Positions 11,368 through 22,356 of a stretch of DNA of 64,000 bases are shown here, piece after piece. The translations under genes and the position numbers were made by a program. The DNA is from Rotaria socialis. Its lineage: Eukaryota. The number at the start of each line of letters is the position of its first letter. Position 1 is the stretch's first letter. The notes beneath the pieces were generated by a model. It was not told the DNA's origin. It searched no databases and saw only the letters and a program-made list of their open reading frames with translations. The stretch lies in contig CAJNYD010000236.1 in NCBI GenBank assembly GCA_905331295.1, positions 62,001-126,000 of the forward strand. Reading direction: 5' to 3'.

Positions 11368-12417
11368 TTAACCCCATCTGAGTTGGTAACCATCTGAGTT
11401 GATAACCCACGCACACAACCACACCCACACACTCATTCTGTTTTGAACAATGACGCTATTTTCATCTCATCATCTTGGCAACTCAAGATTATATTCATAC
11501 ATTAAATTTTAATATGCTCCTGTTTAAAACTAAAAACTTTCAATATTATATTATTCTTGTTTAAACATACTTTATGTTAATTAGACTAAAATTGTTCCAC
11601 GGACAATGTCAGTAATCTACTGCAACATATTCCATATTTTTTGCAAGTCATCATGAATAGCTATCAAATAGAACGAAAACATCAGCGTCAATTTAGATAG
11701 TCGATCTCTAGCCACTCTGCGTGCAAACTTAAATCGATAGAAAAATGCTTGATGATTTTCTTGTTCATCGAGTTTCCTCTCTAATGCAGCCATCCCACAA
11801 TATGTTTGCAATTATTTCCTCTATCTACAATCACTTATTATTTTTCTCTCGTCGTGCAATTAAAATCAAGTGGACCTCGCAGAAGTCGTATGGTTCTGCC
11901 AATCATAACTATTAAAAACTGTTTAGATTCAACGTGTTGATATGCTTGAGAATAGACAGAACACCAAGATTAATACACTGTACACGCATCCCATTCATAT
12001 CGAAATGGATTTGACTTATCGTTTGAGTGTAAATTCTTCCTAATCTATTATGACTCACATTTTTTTGTCGTTTCTATAAATATTTATCATGCTTTAAGAA
12101 ACTCGACTATTTTAAATTATTTTGAACAAGTTAATTTAAAGTAATATTATACTTAACCTTCAATCTATTCCTTTGAGACTCATATTCATATAATCGTTTA
12201 TTTTCTTTATAAATTGAAAGTTCACAATTATTTGGTAACTATGCGAATAACTCTACATCATTATCATTCTCACATGATTAACTTCAAATTTTATGAAAAG
12301 CAAAGCAAGGAAAATTTTTTTTTTATTAAAGACAAAGCAGAACGATATTTCAAGTTGATAGCAATGAAGCCTAAATTTCAAAAGCGTAAATGATAGTTTG
12401 TAGAAGAAAAAAAGCAT

Positions 12418-14178
12418 TCACACCTTGAAATTATTTAAATTGGACATATTAGGGAAAAAACACAAAAGTTGTGTAACTGTTCCATTTTTGTTGCTGTCTT
12501 TTGAAGAATCTAATAAATACTGTTGACGTTCTTCTTCACTTGTTCGTTGACCAATATGCTCGCCCATACGAACAAGTGTCTCCATAGAATTCTTTGAATT
12601 ATGCTGTAAATCATCATCCCATTTTATCATACCAGCCCTAAAGACAATTACAATTGTACTGCCGCCATAAGCAAAATAACCTAAATAGATAATTTTCACT
12701 TTTACTCCTATGGCTATAGAAAATTATAAGAAATGTAAGATTTAGAATGAACAGTAAGCATTTTTATCTAGAACACAAAATATGATTCTTTACGACCTAT
12801 CGAACCATACTAAAGACTATATAATTTCTATATTCAGATGAACTAGAATTCATTATACTAAACCAGAATAGTGTCATTCTTTTCATGTAGACGCTTCTCA
12901 ATCTTAATCCAAATAGAAAAAAACTATTTTTAACTATATTTAGAAAAAATAACTCATTTGTTTTCTAAGAAATTTTTTCAAATGAATAACTTTGTCCTTG
13001 ATACACTTTATAAAGATGCGATTGGACAAGTTCATTAATATAGTAAGTAAAAACAAAATCTCTGAGCAGTTGTTGATCTTACCGAGTTCGTCGCCTTTTT
13101 CAATAGATTGATGCGGCTTAACTGTAAAATTAACCGAACCAACAAATAATGCTCCGATAGCCACAAACGCTACTTTTTCAAAATAATTACTTTCAATTGT
13201 AATCATTGTGCGTTGGTTCCTTGTTAGAACATCTAATTGTTCTCTGATAGCTATTGGATTAACTGTATAATAGGTACCAGTTATTGTTTTCATATGTTCT
13301 CCAATCTTTCCTGATATTGGTGAATGAAATCGATGATAATCAGCCGGTGATAAACGAAAAACTGCTATAGAACCATTTTCGAATTCTTTTGCTAATATTT
13401 CATCTTCAAATAAATGTTCAAGAGAAAATTGATGACCTTTTATCCAAATACGTGTTGCTTCAGATATACTATCAAATAGAATTAGCCGACAATCAGCAGC
13501 TGATACAAGTGTACATGGATCATCTCGATTATCAATTGGTCTTGCGTCAACTTTTAATTTTCGATAGAAAAATTCATTGAATGTAAAATATCTTTGAATA
13601 TTTGGTTCAAGTAATTCATTTAAATTAATTTGATATATTTTAATAAAAGCTTGTATATGTTTACGTGATTTTGGTTCATTAAATGCTTTACCTAAACGTA
13701 ATGTCTCACGAGCAAAAAAATTTCTTATTGCATTCGTAGTTAATAATTCACGTTGAAGAGGACCTCTAAATAATAATTGCATACCATATTTATGATACAC
13801 TGGCATATGTTCAATTGTTAACCGATTTGTACGACGATCAAGAACTTTGAAAGTATATTTCAAACATTCTTCTTCTTCAAAATTAAATAAATTTTGTTCT
13901 GATTCAGGTTCAAAATCTTGTTGAAGAATTTCTTGTGCTGGTATAATAGAACGAAACAAGAAACGAAAAATATCTTGTGAATTATATTGAAATTCCGCAA
14001 TATTTTCATAAGAATTCGAACAAGTGTGATCAATCATATCCGAAAAAGTCGTTTGAAATTGACGAATTTCTTCATCATCATTAGCCGAGAGAATTTCTCC
14101 TGGGTCTTCAACTGGTGTTGCTATTGTTTGATTATTATCTCTATTTGTTGAAGACGTACCCCATTTATTATCATCCAT
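12418..14178 (-). CDS. Phosphatidylserine decarboxylase proenzyme, PSD2-like (fungal/plant/bacterial type); 2 exons 14178-13083 and 12680-12418
   Basis: Motifs: 'TFNEFFYRKLKVDARPI', 'SAADCRL', 'WIKGHQFSL', 'FRLSPADYHRFHSP', 'YYTVNPIA', 'IGALFVGS'. After a phase-1 GT-AG intron comes 'KGDELG/YFAYGGSTIVIVF', containing the GGST autocleavage site. Confidence 0.9.
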
Positions 14179-15026
14179 TTTAGTAATAAAGTGTTAATGT
14201 GTATGCGTTTTTCCTTCTTGCTGTAAAGTGTGATGTTTGTTGGAAAACGTGAAGAATAAAAAAAAACTATAACAATAGCTGTTTCTTTAGAGGCCATTTT
14301 TCTACTTAAATATTTCTGTGATAAATGCCTACAATATCTTCCCTCTTCTATTAAGAAAGAAAATTTTTCATTTTCTTCTTCTTTTCCACTTTCCCTAATG
14401 AAACTTGACATAAATAATCTTTGAGATGGTTTCAAGAGAAGAAAAAAAGGAAAAATGATTTGCTTTACAGTAAATAGAACACAATAGTTTTATTTGCACG
14501 CGATGCAACCTACACGAAAGGAAAACATGACAGATACTAACATAGAAAGAAGATTAACACAAGAAAAGTGAGAAGTAGAAAAAGAAAATTAATTTTTCTG
14601 GTTTGTTTAATGTTTTCTTCTTTATTAAAATAAAAGAAAAACATTCAGAAGCAAGAACACATCTGAAGTGATAAGATCGAATTGACAATAAACACACATA
14701 AACGCGTTTTAAAATCGGTTATTCATATCATTGATAAACTAAGAAATCAGTATCATTATAAAAAGAGAAGCAAAAAATCATGACGGACCGGATTGGATAT
14801 GAACACGAGAGTCATTCGAACAACAACGAACTTAACCGATCTATTATGATAAACATTATCATATCAACACATAATAAAATAATGAGAAAGAAACTAGTCA
14901 AATGGCATCTTACAAATGAAGAAAGGAAAGAAAGAAGAAAAAGAAAACACATGATTTTGTTTCTTTAAGCTACTGTTTTGGAAATTTAAAACAAGAGACG
15001 AAACAGTGAAGTCTTTTCTAAACCAT

Positions 15027-15715
15027 CTAATGAATAAGTGTTTGTTCAGGTGATGTTGAAAAATTTAATGCGTTTGTTGTTGAAGTTGACACGAGTGAAG
15101 CTGTAGTATTCGTTAGTTCATTACATAGATCATGAAAAAATTGCTCTGTTTCTTCAAATGTATTTGTTTCTGATACTTGATGAAGATTTGTATTATTATT
15201 ATTATTCTCATTGAAATGAAAATTATCTGTTGATGATTTTTGTCTTCTTTCAGCACCAATTGCGCGTTTCAATAATACAGTTACACCTGATGTTTGATCA
15301 ATAGTCATTGTTTCACACGTAGAATTATTATTTATTTCATTATTACTACCTAAAACAGTTACTATATCAGATTCAATATCCATATCGATCGAATTATCAA
15401 CATCACAATTTGTGTTAAAATCAATTATCCAAGGATTGTTATTATCAAGATCATCATTAATATTATTAGTTTGATTATTTGTAAAAAGTTCTTGATCACA
15501 AGTTACTGGCTCGTTTTCAATTTTTTTTAAAAAACGCCAAACCAACAGACGATTGCGTAATGAAGCTTCTGTTGGTCGTTGACGTTGACTGATTGTTGAA
15601 CGTTGCAGCTAAAGATATTATGATTTGTTTTTGAATCTTATTTATTTTTCGATAGACAAACCTTTTCATAGGATAGTAAAATATACAATTGAATTAACTC
15701 GGTTTGATTTGTCAT
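15027..15715 (-). CDS. SERTA/IER-like small nuclear protein (exons 15715-15662, 15608-15027)
   Basis: The spliced N-terminus MTNQTELIQLYILLSYEK/LQRSTISQRQRPTEASLRNRLLVWRFLKKIENE resembles the SERTA pattern (S..KL......E..L...L....L..I..E). It is followed by an acidic Asn/Thr-rich tail. The 53-bp intron is in frame. Confidence 0.5.
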
Positions 15716-16145
15716 TGTATGTGCAAATATGGTGAGACTAGAAAACTGAAAGAATCTGCAAATAAAAACGAAATGGTTATTTTTATAGGTTTTCATCGCT
15801 TATATTCAACGCGTCTATTGCACAAGCATCTGGAAAAATCTTACGACATTATCAATGAATAAGAAATAGATGAATAGAAATGAGCATTGCCTTTACCAAT
15901 TTAATGAGTCATCGACGAAACATGCGACCTTACCTTAACCGAGAGATAGATATAGACAGGGAAAGAAATGAGAAGAGAGATTAACGAATAATAATCAAGA
16001 AAAAATAGTCATACATAAAAAAGTATTTCATGCTTCTAAAATTAATGTTTGTTTATATAAAATGGGAAAATTGAAAATGATATTGAATATTTTTTGACGA
16101 TATATGTAAATCACATAATGCATTAATGCACTTTGATACTGATTG

Positions 16146-16760
16146 GTTGTTATGGTAATGGACTGTCAAAAACAATTCAAATGGCAATACAATTAACACC
16201 GTTAATATAGGACGAGAGAAAAAAGGTATGCTAATCTTCTATTAAGGTGCACTAAAAATGGAAAACAGAATCCATATATTTTGTACACATCTCGTAGAAA
16301 CAATTCTAGTAGCAATAATAGATAGATCTTTCATGTTAGCCAATAAAATAGACAGTGAATTGTCGAGATAATGTCGATACAGACTAATGTAACAGAATAT
16401 TCGAAGCAAGTAAACGATAGTTTCTCTTTTTTCTTAATCTGTACATTGCGTTATACAATTGATTCTATTATATAGGGAGTGAAACCATGAGAAACGAATA
16501 GGCCACATTCGAGGCTAGATTAATATATCATAGAATAGATTAGATTCTAAAATTTGTTCCCAGATTCATAGAATTTATAAATGCATGCAATGCATTAACA
16601 TTTCTATGGACACATCGAAATCTTTTAAGGTCTTCGATAGTCAACAATTTCATGTTTGTCATGAAACCTGTTGACGAAACATTCAATTCTTATGGAGTTA
16701 AATGTTGAACTACAAATAGTCAATCGTTAAGTATTTTGCATCCCCTGTTGCTGTGACAAT
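16146..16760. promoter_or_regulatory. Two RFX X-box-like motifs upstream of the ciliary gene CIMIP6
   Basis: GTTGTTATGGTAAT (16146-16159) and GTTGCTGTGACAAT (16747-16760) resemble the X-box GTTGCCATGGCAAC. Confidence 0.35.
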
Positions 16761-17283
16761 ACTATACTGTTGTTGTTATTTTTTCAATGTAGTAGATCGA
16801 AATTAAAGGAAAACAAATGTTACTATGTTTGTTTCAGCACCTGTCTTTCTATAGAATTGTGAATTATTTATTAACTGTAAAAACTTTAAATTGTCAAAGA
16901 TATAAGTTGAGAAAAACGATTAACCGTAATTCATCTTGATGCCACAGAATGATTCATTCTCTCACCTGACCAATATGATCGAGTCTAGTTTAGATTGAAA
17001 AGTATCTGATTTCTATGTTCTTTCTTAGTATGCATTGAAATCTGTATTTTCGAGAAAACTGAATCTATTTAGGAGACGAAGAAAATGAATGTTCAGTGAT
17101 TTTAATTGCATACTATGATAACTGATGATGTTAGAATATTAGATTGAAAGCTATAGAGAAAAATGAATTGATATTAACCCATATTAGATAGACTTAATTA
17201 TTTTATGAATAAAAAGAAATTATTTTGTTTTTCATGAAAACAAAACAGAATTTTATCTTAAGAATAAAGCTCGGTGTATCAAA

Positions 17284-18393
17284 ATGACAACCATCACATA
17301 TCCTGATATAACACATAAAAAATCAGTTCCAGAAAAATTCAAGTAAATTTTGAGTTGAAACTTTTATCCTAACGATTCATTTTTTATTCGTTTTTGTAAA
17401 TGAAAATCTAGTCCCAATAGTTATCGAGTATTATCCGAAGATATTCCTGAACATCACAGTATTCCATTTTGGTATGCTCATTCTCGTCCATCACCACTTT
17501 ACACCGAACCAGAACCTAATCAATTACCTGTACAAGCATCGGAACCACGAAATAATCCACATGCTGCACGTAAAGTTGATATGGTTTATTCCAATGCTTC
17601 AAGTTTTAATGCTCCATTCGGTATTGTCAAAACTGATAATGTTAAAAATGAAGAAACACGTTGGTGGGATTGGTCAGAACCAAAAGCTGAACCATATGGA
17701 CCTGCAGCAAAAAGTCACGATGAATGGACAAAAGTAAAAGAGAGTTCATATCGAAATGCATTTAATATTACTGGACAAGCAGGACCATATGCAAAGAAAA
17801 ATTCACGTTATTCAGCTAATCCAGAACATATACGTACAGTAGGCATTGGTAATTATTATTTTTTCTCAAAAATTGAGAAAATTAAAAATAACGAATTTCT
17901 ATGCCATTTAGTACCTGTGACGGATTTAAAACCTGAAAATCTTGGACCCGTCAATCAAACACTTGTTGAAAAAGTATCATTTGAACAACAGTATGATAGT
18001 CGAAATACAGCAAATTATCCTCTTCGTGGAAGAGTATGTTGGCAATTTGAATTCTAATATTTAATTTTTACTTTTTAATTAAATGATTCATAGCGACATG
18101 GTGCTTTTGTCATCGAAGAAAAAAAGCCCGAATTCGATCGATCTAAACAATCTGATTTCACATCAACAGCACCTATTGAACCAACGGCAAGTATGTGGGA
18201 TTTACTTCATCCAAGTGAACATTTTCGTGGACAAATGGAAAGTAATCCATATAAATATCGTCGTCCATTACCACAAATACAACGTACATCAGACTACGGT
18301 CAAGTTTGGCAAACTGCTCCATATGCCAATGATTTTCTGAATGAACGATGTTATCAACAACCACCTGTTATAAAACAAGTCAATCTTGATTGA
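17284..18393 (+). CDS. CIMIP6: C2orf73/CIMIP6-like ciliary microtubule inner protein (exons 17284-17342, 17412-17848, 17912-18033, 18094-18393)
   Basis: The spliced product contains 'VGI/VPVT...LVEKVSFEQQYDSRNTANYPLRGR/RHGAFV'. This matches the remembered C2orf73 motif (GIVP...E.ISF..QYD.R....P..GKRHGAFV). All introns are GT-AG and in phase. Confidence 0.75.
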
Positions 18394-18587
18394 TCGACAT
18401 GAGCTTTTTTCCGATTGGTCAGATGTAAACTTTTTTTTCTGAAAAGTTATTTCTTTTCATACCATGATATAATTATTTCCTATGTCTTCCGCACCTTTAT
18501 TAATTCTTTATTCATAAATCTAAAAGAAAAAAGAAAAATACACGACATATTCTACTGAATTATTTTACAGATTTTTGTTTTTCTTTG

Positions 18588-19995
18588 ATGGAATTATTTC
18601 AATCATCAACACTAAAAACACTGTTTGATCCACCAACAGGCGATTTAATAGCAGGACTTGAAACTATTCAATTTAAAACATTATGTCCTGGTGAATATAA
18701 TAGTTTATTTATTCAATTGCGTCGTCGTTCAAATTTATTAACAACAACACATATAGCTCATGCATGTCAATTTATTGCACTTGCTAATCGTATTAAGTAA
18801 ATGATTTAGGAAAAGGTTAAAAAGAAAAAAAATGTATAATTTCTTTTTTTGTTTCTTAGACGTGAAGGTGACAAATTAAAAGGAACACCTGATAAAAAAC
18901 GAAGTCATCGTCTTATGGCTGAAGTACGTCGAGAACCAGGTCTTAAAATTGGAATTATTGGTGTTGGACGTATTGGACATTTACTTGCTACATTTCTATT
19001 GAAATACGGTGATGTCTATCCAGACGAATTATATCTTGTAAGTGTTCAAATTAGGTTGAATTGAATGAGAATAATTTATTGTTTTGAAGAACAAAATAAA
19101 CTTTCGACGAATGTTTAAAATAATACTTATGCATTTTTTTAGTCAAGTCGACAAGCTGATTTATTAAGTAATTATGTAAATTGACTTTAATGTTTTCATA
19201 AGCTAAAAAAATTCTTCTAGCTGATATGACTCAACTTGGAGTAGGCTTCTGTAAATTTAATAATGCTTATATTGTCCAGCACTGTGATATTGTTTTTCTA
19301 TGCGTTGCACCACATCATATTCGTTATATCGTTGATGATATTCGTGATCGAATCAAATCTAAAGTTCTCATTTATAGTCTTGTACTTGGTTTTCCGTCGC
19401 TTAAACTTTCGTCTTTATTAAAACATATATTAATTATTAAACCATCATATCAAGTGAATGAAGCTATCGATAAAGATGAATCTCTATGGCCACCTGATGA
19501 TGATATTGAAAGTGTTATTAGAAATGATTTACTTTTGAAAAGAATCAGTTTAGAAAATGAAGATCAAAATGGTAAAATAAATTCGAATTAAAAATTCTTA
19601 TCTTCTATCATATTATTCATATAGATAGTCTCGTACGCGATGATGAACTCGTACCAACAATATCCTATGCTCTACTAAATATTTTAAAACAAAATGCATC
19701 ATTAAATCGAATTCAATCATTACGCGTTCTTTCAGCATTATTATTCAATAATTCAAATATTGATTTAATTATTGAAAAATTTGACGGTATTGAAACAAAT
19801 CATGAGTATGTTTATTTCAAAAGGTTATTATTTGTTTTGGTTGATTTCATTATTTTCAATAGATACTTTCCTGATTTTGATCTTGTTCATTTGGCAAATA
19901 AAAAGACTGTTATTCGAGATTTACTAGATGATAACACAAATCTACGTCGTTTATTTTTTGAGACATTTATATCACATTTTACTCAATTTAAATAG
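18588..19995 (+). CDS. NOXRED1: NADP-dependent oxidoreductase domain-containing protein 1 (pyrroline-5-carboxylate reductase-like), 6 exons including a 25-nt micro-exon at 19143-19167
   Basis: Motifs: 'DLIAGLETIQF', 'LRRRSNLLTTTHIAHACQF', Rossmann 'KIGIIGVGRIG', 'CDIVFLCVAPHHI' and 'LIYSLVLGFPSLKL'. Splice phases are consistent to the stop TAG at 19993-19995. Confidence 0.8.
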
Positions 19996-20059
19996 AATTA
20001 TTTATATAAATAAAAAGAAAAGAAAAGAATAAAAAAAGAAGAGTCTTGCAACAAAAAAT

Positions 20060-22356
20060 TTAATCTACTGCATCGGTTTGAAGAGTTGTGTTAAATATTT
20101 CAAATAAAGCTGTAACAATTTCACCTGTTATAACTTCATTTGTGTTCATTCTTAAAATATATAAAACAAGTATACCATCTCGACCAAGATATTTTGTTAC
20201 AAAATTTGTTAATAATTGATCGTCATCGCCTGACAACGAAAATGGCAGCATTGTCGGTACATGAATTGTTTGTGGAGTAGATGGTGATGGTGGAGTTCGA
20301 TCTTCACCTGATGATGTTGTGGCAGCTTCATTATTATCTGTTGTTGTTGATATCGGAAGATTTAATTGATCATGCACGCGTGACATACGAACTAAATCAA
20401 AATTAGCTTTTAAATTGCGATTTGCAAATGATGCTAAAAGATTATGATGAGGATGACCCATGTGTAATGAACCATAGTGACTACTTCCTGTACCATAATG
20501 TGAATGACTAAATGAATGACGACGAAGATAATTTGAATGATGATTATGATGATGATGAGGATAGGAGTGATATGGATGAAAACGAAGTTGTTGTTCTTGA
20601 TATGGATTTTGAGGAAAATGGTGAGTATTGATACGTTTCATTGATGATAGATAACGTGATATATGTGATTTATAAAATTTTGGATAAAAAAATGAACCTA
20701 TCCAATAAAGAAAACCGAATAATGTACATATTGTTGTAAAATAAAGCCAAAACCATATGATTAAAAAGATTTTTTCATTAAATAAATTTATTGGTAAACT
20801 ACATTGCACTGTGTATGTATGAATATTATCGGCTAAATTTCGTACGGCAAAATTACACCTAAAAACAAGAAAGCGTTAAGTGTTTTTTTTTGTTTTTTAT
20901 TTGAACTTTAATTATTTATGTGTTGAGTAGAATTAGAGAAGAACATTTGAATTGCAACTGTTCAATGAGTTGTTTTCCTTTCTCATATGAATATAATAGA
21001 GAAAAGAAAACAATAAGTCTTATCAGTGAAATGCTTGTTGGGAAAAACATGTGCAGAAGAAACAGAATATATATGCTAGCTTATTTATTATTAAAGATAA
21101 GTTCTAGTTCTTTTTTCTCTTTTATCATTCGTTCTCAATCATGTTTAACAGCACATGCTGGTAAGAAGATTGAGCAAGAAAAATAAAAGACTTAGTGCCG
21201 CCGATAATAAGAATGAAGTTAATACATCGTGGACACCTCGTATACATATGCGTGGACAAGAAATTACATTCTCGAGTAAGCGTCATATGTAGATAGTGAT
21301 TACGTTTACTTTTCTGTATGTAAAGGATCAAAAAGAAAAGACATTTTGAAAAAATCGTTCCTGTGATTTAGAGAAAAAATCGATTAGTTTTATGCCTGAT
21401 TGAAACTTATTTCTTTTTCAAAAGAAAAAGATATATATATATATATATAGACTATTACAGTCTATTCACATTTGATGGCTTATGAAATTAGTGGGAAATT
21501 GAATAGAACAAAAAAAGAGTTTTCTTTTTTCTAATTAATCATACCATGTAACTCTTGGAAATCTTGGTGTTACTGTCCAATTTTCATTATTACCAGTAAA
21601 TAACGCACGTATAACAGCAAAACCATACATATGATAATCATTGCCAAGAAAAAAATTGAGCAAATATAGCTGTCCAAAAGCATTGAGCAAATAGAGAAGT
21701 TTGGAAAATAAAAATGACCACATTAAATGATTGTCACGCATTGTTATATGATTGTTTAATAAAAAAAACGCATATAAAGATGATAGGGATGAACATTTTA
21801 TTGCACGTAATTGATCGAAATATTCTAAACGTTTATTTTTATGATATTCAAGTGCTTTATCAATGAAACGTGCTAAATGACGAACAGATGGTTCACGAAT
21901 TTCGGATGTGTATGTATCAATAATACGAGCATGTGCCACAAGCAAACCTAAATCATAGCCACTTTTGGAATTTAATGATGACCATATAAGTGATGGAACG
22001 TAAAATAGGATAGCTTGTGCAATAAGAATAAATGGTACATATTGATAAAAATAAATGAATTGCTCAGTTTTTGGATCTGGATGTTTTGGAAGTAGACGAT
22101 CAAATGAAACAAAATATGTATTTGAGATCCAACAAATATTATTTGTATATTCAACATGTGTGCCTGTAAAATGTGCTGGACAAAAACAAGCTATGGGTTC
22201 ACCAACATACTGTTTTGTTGATACAAGTACTGTAAATATGACAAGAAGAATAACAGAATAGCGACGAGATAAACGATCATAGAAATCATCATCATAGGCA
22301 ACGTCATGTCCATGATGGGCTACCTTGGCAGCAAAATCAAATAGGAAAACAGCCAT
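20060..22356 (-). CDS. Innexin gap-junction protein (exons 22356-21545, 20858-20060)
   Basis: Motifs: 'DDDFYDRLSRRYS', 'KQYVGEPIACFCPAHFT', 'YTNNICWISNTYFV', 'FYQYVPFILIAQAILFYVPSLIW', 'FPRVTW/CNF', 'VQCSLPINLFNEKIFLIIWFW' and 'YLGRDGILVL'. Confidence 0.95.

Noticed and set aside
11617..12050. Short minus-strand ORF (MAALERKLDEQ...) as a gene
   Set aside because: No recognisable motif and no convincing splice structure.
21125..21331. ORF inside the innexin intron containing 'ECNF' as an alternative exon
   Set aside because: There is no phase-compatible acceptor, and it lacks the QC..P.N..NEK motif.
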